This document shows, piece after piece, positions 36,567 to 45,063 of a DNA stretch of 64,000 bases. The position numbers and the translations under genes were made by a program. The stretch spans positions 3,578-67,577 of the forward strand of contig JBMFKQ010000002.1 in the NCBI GenBank assembly GCA_049972095.1. Reading direction: 5' to 3'. This DNA comes from Elusimicrobiales bacterium. GTDB lineage: Bacteria; Elusimicrobiota; Elusimicrobia; Elusimicrobiales; UBA9959. Each line of letters starts with the position of its first letter. Positions within the stretch are counted from its first letter, which is position 1. The notes under the pieces were generated by a model, which was not told where the DNA came from, searched no databases, and saw nothing but the letters and a program-made list of their open reading frames with translations.

Positions 36567-38309
36567 ATGGTAAGAAATAAACTGGGTGAGATACTCATAG
36601 GGCAGAAGGTAATAACTGATGAGCAGCTTGCAAAGGCCTTGAAGTTTCAACAACAAGAACACTGTCTTCTTGGTGAGGCGTTAGTAAGGCTGGGTTATAC
36701 TACAGAGGAGCAGATTGCAATTGTTCTTTCAAAACAGCTTGGCATCCCATATGCATCAATACAGAATCAGATACTAAAACCCGAAAAAGGGCAAGGGCTT
36801 GAAAACCTTATAGATGAAAAATTTGCAAGGGAAAACCTTGTTGTGCCTTTGTTTGTTGAAGACAATCTAATAGCCATTGCCCTTACAGACCCAACAAATT
36901 TGATGCTTTTAGATAATATAAGGGCAAAGACTGGAATGGAGCCTCAGATTTTCATATCTACAAAGGCTCAGATACTCAAGGTTATAGATCAGCTTTATCA
37001 GACTGAAACAAAGCTGATAGATCAGGTTGTTGAGGCGGAAGTGAAAAAGGACGAGGTTGCAGATGAGGATGTTCTTACACCTGATGGAAAGTTAGATCTT
37101 GACAAGGTTATTATGAGTCAGTCAAGAGGGGCTCAGGTCATAAGACTTGTAAACGCTATAGTTAAACAGGCAATAGCTGAAAGAGCAAGCGATATACACT
37201 TTGAAAAATTTGATGAGAAGCTTTCTTTGAGATTTAGAATAGATGGTGTTCTTCATGAGAGGACAGTGCCACCAAAAGAGCTTTTTGATAATATAATAGC
37301 CAGAGTAAAAATACTATCAAAACTAGATGTTGCAGAGAAAAGGCTACCTCAGGATGGAAGCTTTTCAATAAAATATCAAAACAGAACCATTGAGGTCAGA
37401 GTTGCAACATGTCCAACTGTTTTTGGTGAAAAGCTTGTTATGAGATTACTTGATAAAGGCGGTGTTGAGTTGGACCTTGATAAGCTTGGACTTGAGACAA
37501 AACAGAAAGAGGATTTTCTGATGGCTGCTAATTCTCCTCACGGTCTTATATTTATAACAGGTCCAACAGGTTCAGGTAAAACTACAACACTTGCAGCACT
37601 TCTTCACACCATAAAAACACCAGAGATGAATTTTCTAACACTTGAGGATCCTGTTGAGATTAAGATAGATGGAATAAGTCAGGTTCAGGTAAAACCAGAG
37701 ATAGGGCTTAATTTTGCAACAGGTTTAAGGTCTTTTTTGAGAATGGATCCTGATGTTATACTGGTTGGAGAAACAAGAGATAGCGAAACAGCACAGGCAT
37801 GTCTAAGAGCAGCAATGACAGGTCACTTGGTTTTATCAACACTCCATACCAACAATGCTCTGGAGGTGATACCGAGACTCATAGATATGGGCACTGAACC
37901 TTATCTTCTTGCATCCACACTTCTGTTAGTCGCTGCACAAAGGCTTGTTAGAAAACTTTGTCCTGATTGTAAACAGCCATATAAGCCATCAAATCAAGAG
38001 ATAGAGATGTTTATTAAAGAGTCGTTTTTGAATCCAATGCCTGATCCGGCTAAGCTTATATTTTATAAACCAAAAGGGTGTCCGAGGTGTTATAATATAG
38101 GATATAAAGGCAGGATTGCAATATATGAAACATATTTTATAACGCAGGAGATAAAAGAGCTGATAACTGCAAAACCTGATATACTTGCCATAAAAGAGGT
38201 TGCAAAAAAGCAGGGAAGATGGGATATGAGGGCAAGTGGATGGAGAAAGGTCTATCAAGGGATTACAACTGTTGATGAGATTGTAGGAGCTACTATTGGC
38301 GGAATTTAG
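36567..38309 (+). CDS. Type II secretion / type IV pilus assembly ATPase (GspE/PilB family)
   Basis: 580 aa. N-terminal T2SSE_N/MshEN-like domain (LGEILIGQKVITDEQL...LGIPY), Walker A GPTGSGKTT, Asp box, Walker B ILVGETRD, His box, and a tetracysteine CPDC...CPRC. Confidence 0.95.
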   Translation: MVRNKLGEILIGQKVITDEQLAKALKFQQQEHCLLGEALVRLGYTTEEQIAIVLSKQLGIPYASIQNQILKPEKGQGLENLIDEKFARENLVVPLFVEDNLIAIALTDPTNLMLLDNIRAKTGMEPQIFISTKAQILKVIDQLYQTETKLIDQVVEAEVKKDEVADEDVLTPDGKLDLDKVIMSQSRGAQVIRLVNAIVKQAIAERASDIHFEKFDEKLSLRFRIDGVLHERTVPPKELFDNIIARVKILSKLDVAEKRLPQDGSFSIKYQNRTIEVRVATCPTVFGEKLVMRLLDKGGVELDLDKLGLETKQKEDFLMAANSPHGLIFITGPTGSGKTTTLAALLHTIKTPEMNFLTLEDPVEIKIDGISQVQVKPEIGLNFATGLRSFLRMDPDVILVGETRDSETAQACLRAAMTGHLVLSTLHTNNALEVIPRLIDMGTEPYLLASTLLLVAAQRLVRKLCPDCKQPYKPSNQEIEMFIKESFLNPMPDPAKLIFYKPKGCPRCYNIGYKGRIAIYETYFITQEIKELITAKPDILAIKEVAKKQGRWDMRASGWRKVYQGITTVDEIVGATIGGI

Positions 38310-38335
38310 TAAAGTGTTTAGTAAGGAGAAAGATT

Positions 38336-39559
38336 ATGCCAAAATTTATCTATACTGTTCAGGATGCAGAGGGAAATGTTACAACAGGTTCAATGGAAGC
38401 TGAGGATGAAGATTCTATAATAAACACTCTTCAAAGTAAAGGATATTTTATACTATCAGTTCAATCAGAGAAAGAAAAGGCAAAAGGTTTATTCTTACTA
38501 GCTAAGAAAGCCGGTGGGAAGGTAAGTGGGAGGGAGATGGTCTTTTTTGGGGAACAGCTATCAACACTTATTGCTGGAGGTGTGCCTTTGGTAAGGGCAC
38601 TTTCACTTCTTGCAGAAAACGCTGAAAACAAAACGCTTCAAGCAGTCCTTTATCAGATAACAAAGGATGTTTCAAGTGGAAGTGCTCTTCATAAGGCACT
38701 TGAAAAACACCCCCAAGTCTTTGATAACATATGGATTTCACTTGTTCAGGCAGGTGAGGTTTCAGGGCAGCTTCCAATGGTTTTAAGACAGATTACAGCA
38801 TATAAGGAAATGCAGGAGGAGATTAAATCAAAAATAATAACTGCTTTCGCCTATCCTACGGTTCTTTTTATAATGTCTATAGGTGTGCTTTTTTATTTTG
38901 TGCTCTTTATAGTTCCAGTTTTTGCACAGATATTTAAGGATTTTGGGCTTAAGCTTCCAATAATAACACAGATGGTTATAGGGTTCTCGTATTTTTTGAG
39001 AAATTATTATCTGCTGATGATAATTGGTGTAATAGCTTCTTATTGGTTATTTAAAGCATATACAAAGACTGAAAATGGTCTTTTGGCTTGGAATAAAGTT
39101 CAGTTTTCACTTCCTTTCATTGGGAGCTTTATAAAAAGCATCAATTTTGAAAGATGTCTTACAACACTCTCAACACTTTTAAAGAGTGGTGTCAGTATAA
39201 TAAACTCACTAACAGTTCTTGAAAATGCATTTAAGACAAACCTTATAATGCAAAATGCTCTTAAAAGAACAAAAAACGATATAACAAGCGGAAAATCAAT
39301 ATCAGAGTCATTTAGAAAGACTGGTGTATTTCCAGCTTTTGTGGTTGACATGATGCTTATGGGAGAAGAATCTGGAAGGCTCCCTGATATGATAGATGTC
39401 CTTTCAGTCTACTACAAAGAGCAAATAAATCAGTTTCTAAGAAGATTTTCTGCTATTGTTGATCCTCTTATGATGGTGATAATCGGTAGTATCATAGGCA
39501 TTGTTGTTATGTCGGTATATATGCCGATATTCCAACTTTCTCAGATCAAAGGAGGTTAA
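38336..39559 (+). CDS. Platform protein (GspF/PilC family)
   Basis: 407 aa. Two T2SSF repeats (FFGEQLSTLIAGGVPL..; CLTTLSTLLKSGVSI..), 3 TM segments, and C-terminal YMPIFQL. Confidence 0.95.
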   Translation: MPKFIYTVQDAEGNVTTGSMEAEDEDSIINTLQSKGYFILSVQSEKEKAKGLFLLAKKAGGKVSGREMVFFGEQLSTLIAGGVPLVRALSLLAENAENKTLQAVLYQITKDVSSGSALHKALEKHPQVFDNIWISLVQAGEVSGQLPMVLRQITAYKEMQEEIKSKIITAFAYPTVLFIMSIGVLFYFVLFIVPVFAQIFKDFGLKLPIITQMVIGFSYFLRNYYLLMIIGVIASYWLFKAYTKTENGLLAWNKVQFSLPFIGSFIKSINFERCLTTLSTLLKSGVSIINSLTVLENAFKTNLIMQNALKRTKNDITSGKSISESFRKTGVFPAFVVDMMLMGEESGRLPDMIDVLSVYYKEQINQFLRRFSAIVDPLMMVIIGSIIGIVVMSVYMPIFQLSQIKGG

Positions 39560-39563
39560 TTGT

Positions 39564-40046
39564 ATGAAGAAAGGTTTTACTCTGATAGAGCTTTTAATAG
39601 TTGTTCTTGTAATAGGTATACTTACAATGATTGCCATGCCATTATACAGGAGAACAATAGAAACATCAAAAGCAACAAACGCTCTTTCAATAATCAACAT
39701 GATTGCAAACGCAAACAGGATGTATCAGCTTGATAATAATGTATATCTAAGTGGAAGTCTTAATGATAGCTGTAATTTTCAATCCTGTGCTAGTGCTACT
39801 GGTGCATGCAGGCTTGTTGCCTGTGGTTATCTTGCAAAGCAGAACTGGGGTAGCTATCAGTGGAGTTTCTGTGCCTGTAATCCGGCAACAAGCTGTCAGT
39901 GTCCATGCGGTGGTGGAGGACTTCTTGCCTGTGGACTAAATAACTCTCCACTTGGAAACCCTTATAATACCTGGCAGTATTCAATCAATCCATTTGGCCA
40001 GTGTATAGCATCTGGTATAAAAGTTCCGCCATGCCCTCAGTTATGA
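39564..40046 (+). CDS. Type IV (pseudo)pilin, probable major subunit, cysteine-rich
   Basis: Start reset to the ATG 8 nt after GGAGG (the ORF-track start at 39501 is rejected). Class III signal MKKG/FTLIELLIVVLVIGIL. The mature globular part contains 12 Cys, including FCAC and CQCPC. Confidence 0.9.
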   Translation: MKKGFTLIELLIVVLVIGILTMIAMPLYRRTIETSKATNALSIINMIANANRMYQLDNNVYLSGSLNDSCNFQSCASATGACRLVACGYLAKQNWGSYQWSFCACNPATSCQCPCGGGGLLACGLNNSPLGNPYNTWQYSINPFGQCIASGIKVPPCPQL

Positions 40047-40507
40047 AGAAAAGAAAAGCTTTTTCTCTTGTTGAGATAGTTGTATCAGTGCTTATCTCAG
40101 CAACAGTTGCTATGGCAAGCTTTATGATATTTACATCAACAGCAGCATCTCAAAAAAAAGCAAGCAAGAAGGAGCTTGTGTCTCTTGCCATAAAAATGGT
40201 GCAGGAGCAGCTAAAGGTTTATGTAAGTGCAGATACTACATCTTGGTTCCCTTATAGGCCAAACCCCCAATGGAGGCTTTGTAATCATCTTGGTCAGTGT
40301 GATAGCTATAATGGCTGGGCTCTTCAAGCAGGAAGTCATAATATAACAAGCTTTCTTAACTCAGAACCTTTTCTTAGTGGGATATGTAGGGGAAATATCT
40401 CAAACTGTAGTTTTACATATACTGTAACTGATAGCAACTGTGGTTTCGGGTTAGGTAATGCTGCATGCAAGAGTGTTGTTTTTAATCTAACTTATCCTGA
40501 TGAGTGA
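40043..40507 (+). CDS. Prepilin-like minor (pseudo)pilin
   Basis: ATGA overlap with the upstream stop. The N-terminus is MKKRKA/FSLVEIVVSVLIS, with Ala rather than Gly at -1 and Glu at +5. It has 6 Cys. Confidence 0.75.
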   Translation: MKKRKAFSLVEIVVSVLISATVAMASFMIFTSTAASQKKASKKELVSLAIKMVQEQLKVYVSADTTSWFPYRPNPQWRLCNHLGQCDSYNGWALQAGSHNITSFLNSEPFLSGICRGNISNCSFTYTVTDSNCGFGLGNAACKSVVFNLTYPDE

Positions 40508-41144
40508 TATGAGAAAGGGTTATAGTCTTGTTGAGATTTTAGTAGCTCTTGTGATATTTTCCTTTATGGCAGTTGCTCTTTCAGGGGTTTTTGCAACTGC
40601 AAATAGATTCTTTGCGCATCAATATAGAGAGGATCTGTTTAAGACTAGGTTTGTCACTGCTGTGAAGTTTATACAGAATAAGATGATGACTGCAAATGAA
40701 GTACTTATACCTGCTCCAAACAATCTTTCAGGTTATATAACATTTCTTAGCAATGTTGCTGTAAACCCTTCTTCTACAAACCAAATCTGCAGACCAGCTA
40801 CAGCATTGCCATCAATGTGGCATTATGTATGTCGTGATAATGGAAATAGGCTTTTCTATCACTCAGGCGATCTTACAATAAGCAACTGTCCAACATATAC
40901 TACGATATGGCTTTCAAATCCTCCAACTGCATGTGGCTCGGGTTCAAACCCTGTTTTTTTAAGCGATAATATAAGCTCACTTGTATTTTCAAGGCAGAAT
41001 CTTCCATCAAATGTTGTTAGGGTAAATATGACACTTTTCTCTCAGGCACCAGGAAGTCAGACATCCTTTGCCGGGACAGTTGGAAGAGATATAACACAAA
41101 CATTTGAGACCTATATATCAATCAATAAAGTTTCACAGTTCTAA
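40500..41144 (+). CDS. Prepilin-like minor (pseudo)pilin
   Basis: N-terminus MSDMRKG/YSLVEILVALVIFSF with Glu at +5. 214 aa with 4 Cys. Confidence 0.75.
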   Translation: MSDMRKGYSLVEILVALVIFSFMAVALSGVFATANRFFAHQYREDLFKTRFVTAVKFIQNKMMTANEVLIPAPNNLSGYITFLSNVAVNPSSTNQICRPATALPSMWHYVCRDNGNRLFYHSGDLTISNCPTYTTIWLSNPPTACGSGSNPVFLSDNISSLVFSRQNLPSNVVRVNMTLFSQAPGSQTSFAGTVGRDITQTFETYISINKVSQF

Positions 41145-41181
41145 TATTGAAAGGTTTATTTTTATCTGCTAAAATATAGAT

Positions 41182-41475
41182 ATGAAAAAGAGAAAAGCCT
41201 CACTTGCTGCAACACTTCTTCTATGTATACTTATAATAATGATGTCAACATATGTTATGAGGTGGGTTTTTGACAGATACACTACAGTAATTAGATTTCA
41301 CAGAAGTACGAATGCAAAGATAAGAACGGAAGGCGTTTTTCTAAATAGAGTTGCATGCTGCAGATATGGAAGCGGATGTGTGTCAAGTCTAGACGGCAAA
41401 ACTGTTAATGTAAGTATTAATTGTTCAGCCTCAGCAGCAACCCCTGCAACATTTACAATAGATGAGGATATTTAA
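41182..41475 (+). CDS. Small membrane-anchored Cys-containing protein, last gene of the pilin row (PilX/GspK-like position)
   Basis: 97 aa. Basic N-terminus plus hydrophobic helix (MKKRKASLAATLLLCILIIMM) without a G/F-E5 motif. Contains CC....C....C. Confidence 0.45.
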   Translation: MKKRKASLAATLLLCILIIMMSTYVMRWVFDRYTTVIRFHRSTNAKIRTEGVFLNRVACCRYGSGCVSSLDGKTVNVSINCSASAATPATFTIDEDI

Positions 41476-42284
41476 CTTATCCTTTTAAACTCCACAGCCT
41501 TAAAGGGTTTAAACTCAAACTCTTTTTCATCTTTTGATCTAAGAAGCCAATCCTGCCATTTTTTTTCAAAGATTTCAAAATCCGATATACGATAGATATC
41601 CCAAAGCGCTTTTAAAACATCCTTCCCATTTGAGATATCAGTGCTAAAGCGATAAAAAGATGCTTTTCCAAAGGTGGTATATAGATATCTAACTATTCCA
41701 TACGCTTGAAGATACCACCAGGCAATATCACTGTCAGATTTAATGTTGGTAGGATCAGCTTTTGTAAAATCAGCAAATGACATAAAATTTTCCTTTTGAG
41801 CATTTTTGAGTGATATCTTCCATGGACTTTTATCCCCAAGATAAAGTGATTCCATATAAACCGCAAGACCCTCATTTAGCCATATTGGAGGACCTTTAAG
41901 CTTTTTTATAAAAAAATCTTCATAGTAAAGATGAGTAAGCTCATGAATAATGGTTGAGCCAAGATCCTCTATATTTTTTCGGTAATAAACAACTACAGTT
42001 CTTGTTTTGTGAAGACAGAGTCCTTTTGACCATAATGGTGGTTTAAAAGGGCTTTTGATGTAGCTATCATAGTTTTTGAATACATATATCTTTGTGTTTT
42101 CTTTTATCATCCATGGAGCGAATGGTGAAAGGTTCATTTTAAGTATTGAATAGATCTTTTCAACTTCCATAGCAGCTAAGGGAAATGTCCAGTTTCCTTC
42201 AACATAGATTTCAAAATGCTTTGTTTCAACTCTCTGCCATGATTGTGTATAGACTAGATTTATAAAGAGAAAAAGGATATGCAT
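41472..42284 (-). CDS. Peptidase MA-like zinc metalloprotease (Peptidase_MA_2-like)
   Basis: 270 aa with IIHELTHLYYE (HExxH) followed by PIWLNEGLAVYMES. The N-terminus is hydrophobic. Confidence 0.65.
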   Translation of the reverse strand: MHILFLFINLVYTQSWQRVETKHFEIYVEGNWTFPLAAMEVEKIYSILKMNLSPFAPWMIKENTKIYVFKNYDSYIKSPFKPPLWSKGLCLHKTRTVVVYYRKNIEDLGSTIIHELTHLYYEDFFIKKLKGPPIWLNEGLAVYMESLYLGDKSPWKISLKNAQKENFMSFADFTKADPTNIKSDSDIAWWYLQAYGIVRYLYTTFGKASFYRFSTDISNGKDVLKALWDIYRISDFEIFEKKWQDWLLRSKDEKEFEFKPFKAVEFKRIS

Positions 42285-45058
42285 TAAATAAAATCCTTTG
42301 TAATGGATTTCTTTTCTTTTTTTATATCCTTAGTTCTTCCTTCAAAGATAAGATATCCACCCTCAGGACCACCTGCGGGACCAAGCTCTATTATCCAGTC
42401 AGCATGTTTTATTACATCTGGATTGTGTTCTATTATAACAACTGTTCCTCCACCTTTAACAAGGAGATCTAAAACATCCATAAGCTTCTTTACATCATGA
42501 AAATGAAGTCCTGTTGTTGGCTCATCAAGTATATATAGGGTTTGTTGTGTGTTTTTTCTTGAAAGCTCATATGCTATTTTTATCCTTTGTGCTTCACCCC
42601 CAGAAAGTGTTGTTGAGCTTTGACCAATTCTAAGATATCCAAGTCCTACATCTATAAGAAGCTTGAGTTTATTTTTAATATGAGGAATATTTTCAAAAAA
42701 ATAATAAGCATCCTCAACACTCATATTAAGTATATCTGCAATGTTTTTATCTTTGTATCTTATTTCAAGTGTATCTTTATTGAATCTTCTACCTTCACAC
42801 TCTTCACATTTAACATACACATCAGGCATAAACTGCATCTCCACCTTCAGATAGCCTTCTCCTTTGCAGTTCTCACATCTTCCACCTTTAAGATTAAAAG
42901 AAAATCTTGATGCATCATAGCCCTTTCTTTTTGCCTGAGGAGTTTTTGCAAAGATTTCCCTTATCTGATCAAAAAAACCAACATATGTTGCTGGGTTTGA
43001 CCGAGGTGTTCTTCCTATGGGTGACTGATCAACCAGAACAACCCTTCTTATTTCTTCATATCCTTTTATCTCTTTAAAATCTCCTGGCTCATCTTTAAAT
43101 GAAGGATCCATTTTTTTCATAATTCCTTTATATACTATTTCGTAAAGAAGGGTGGATTTGCCTGAGCCTGAAACCCCACATATAACAGTGATAGCCTGAA
43201 GAGGTATTTTAACATTTATATCTTTGAGATTAAACTGTTTTGCACCAAAAACCTTTATAAATTTTTTAAATTCTCTTGTGTTTCTCTTCTCCACTACAAC
43301 CTTTTCATCACCACGCATATATTTTGCAGTAAGGGAGTTTTTATATTTTAGTAGCCTTTCATAGCTTCCTTTAAAAACCACATAACCACCATTTTCTCCA
43401 GCACCTGGACCAAGCTCTATTACATAATCTGCATTTTCTATTGTTGTTCTGTCATGTTCGATAACTATAAGTGTATTTCCTATATCTCTTAAGGATTTGA
43501 GAGTCTTTATGAGTTTTGAGTTGTCAGCAGGATGAAGTCCGATTGTGGGCTCATCAAGAACATAAATAACACCACTAAGCCTACTTCCTATCTGAGTGGC
43601 AAGCGATATCCTTTGTGCCTCACCACCAGAAAGTGTCTGTGAATAGCGAGAGAGTGTGAGATATCCAAGACCCACATTTTTCAAGAACTCAAGCCTTGAT
43701 ATTATCTCCTTAAGTATCACTCGTGCTACTTCATAGCTCTGTGGTGAAAGTTTTAAGCCAAGAAAGAAATCAAGAGCCTGATCTATACTCATATCTGACA
43801 CATCCGCAATGTTTTTTGATTCTATATACACAGCTAACGATTCTTTTTTAAGCCTTTTTCCTCTGCACATAGGGCAGATTATCTCTCTCATAAATCGCAG
43901 GTGTATTTCCTGCCTTACAAAGTCTGATTCTGTTTCCGTATATCTTCTTTTTATATTATTCACAACCCCTTCGAACTCTCCATCACCATAGAGCAAAATG
44001 TTTTTTTCTTCTTCTGCAAGTTTTATAAAAGGAATATTCATTTTTATCCCGTGTTTTAAGCAAACCTGGTTTATAATCTCTCTATAGTATTCTCTCCATG
44101 AGTTTTTCCATCTGTTTGTTCTTGTAGTTATTGGATCATCCCATGCTTTTATACACCCATCATCAATGGTTTTATTGAAGTCTATTACAGAGTTTATGTC
44201 AACCTCAGTTATAAAACCTATTCCCTCACATTGAGGACATGCCCCAAATGGAGAGTTAAATGAAAATATTCTTGGCTCTATTTCAGCAAGGCTTATATTA
44301 CACACAGGACAGGAATTTTTTTGGCTATAAATAACTGATGTGTCTTGTGTTTTTATCTCACATAGTCCTTCGCCTTCCTTTAAAGCAAGTTCAAGATCTT
44401 CTTTTAATCTTTCATATTCATCATTATTGAGGGTGAAGCTATCAACAACAACTGATATTGTATGCTTGATATAGCGATCAAGGAAAGGAATCTTTTCAAC
44501 ATGAAAAACAGAACCATCAATCTCAAATAGAGAATAACCTTTTTTTTTAAATCTTTCAAAAAGTTCATCATACCTACCTATTCTTCCTCTTACCAATGGT
44601 GATAAAACAGTTATCTTTTTACTACTAAATCTTCTTACTATATCTGTAAACATCCCATCAATGCTCCAGCTTTTTAAAACCCTTCCACACTCAGGGCAAT
44701 GCGGCTGGCCAACTCTTGCAAAAAGAAGTCTTAGATAATCATATATCTCAGTAACTGTTCCAACAGTTGATCTTGGATTATTTGAGAATGTTCTCTGCTC
44801 AATGGCTATTGATGGTGAAAGTCCTTCAATAAGATCTACATCCGGCTTGTCCATAAGCTCAAGAAATTGTCTTGCATAAGCAGAAAGGCTTTCGACATAT
44901 CTTCTTTGACCTTCGGCGTATATGGTATCAAAGGCAAGAGATGACTTCCCACTACCACTTAAACCTGTTATAACAACTAACTTTTTTTTTGGTATTTTAA
45001 GTGTAATGTTTTTAAGATTATGTGTTCTTGCTCCCTTTATAAGTAGAAATTCTTTCAT
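42284..45058 (-). CDS. uvrA: Excinuclease ABC subunit A
   Basis: 924 aa. Two ABC modules (GLSGSGKSS; GVSGSGKST), signature LSGGEAQR twice, and zinc-finger CxxC pairs. Confidence 0.97.
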   Translation of the reverse strand: MKEFLLIKGARTHNLKNITLKIPKKKLVVITGLSGSGKSSLAFDTIYAEGQRRYVESLSAYARQFLELMDKPDVDLIEGLSPSIAIEQRTFSNNPRSTVGTVTEIYDYLRLLFARVGQPHCPECGRVLKSWSIDGMFTDIVRRFSSKKITVLSPLVRGRIGRYDELFERFKKKGYSLFEIDGSVFHVEKIPFLDRYIKHTISVVVDSFTLNNDEYERLKEDLELALKEGEGLCEIKTQDTSVIYSQKNSCPVCNISLAEIEPRIFSFNSPFGACPQCEGIGFITEVDINSVIDFNKTIDDGCIKAWDDPITTRTNRWKNSWREYYREIINQVCLKHGIKMNIPFIKLAEEEKNILLYGDGEFEGVVNNIKRRYTETESDFVRQEIHLRFMREIICPMCRGKRLKKESLAVYIESKNIADVSDMSIDQALDFFLGLKLSPQSYEVARVILKEIISRLEFLKNVGLGYLTLSRYSQTLSGGEAQRISLATQIGSRLSGVIYVLDEPTIGLHPADNSKLIKTLKSLRDIGNTLIVIEHDRTTIENADYVIELGPGAGENGGYVVFKGSYERLLKYKNSLTAKYMRGDEKVVVEKRNTREFKKFIKVFGAKQFNLKDINVKIPLQAITVICGVSGSGKSTLLYEIVYKGIMKKMDPSFKDEPGDFKEIKGYEEIRRVVLVDQSPIGRTPRSNPATYVGFFDQIREIFAKTPQAKRKGYDASRFSFNLKGGRCENCKGEGYLKVEMQFMPDVYVKCEECEGRRFNKDTLEIRYKDKNIADILNMSVEDAYYFFENIPHIKNKLKLLIDVGLGYLRIGQSSTTLSGGEAQRIKIAYELSRKNTQQTLYILDEPTTGLHFHDVKKLMDVLDLLVKGGGTVVIIEHNPDVIKHADWIIELGPAGGPEGGYLIFEGRTKDIKKEKKSITKDFI

Positions 45059-45063
45059 TGTTA

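Noticed and set aside
39501-39563. N-terminal extensions of the pilin ORFs given in the ORF track (39501 start; also 40001-40042)
   Set aside because: The extensions overlap the upstream genes and would bury the class III signal peptides. The internal ATGs at 39564 (GGAGG 8 nt upstream) and 40043 (ATGA coupling) give canonical prepilin leaders.
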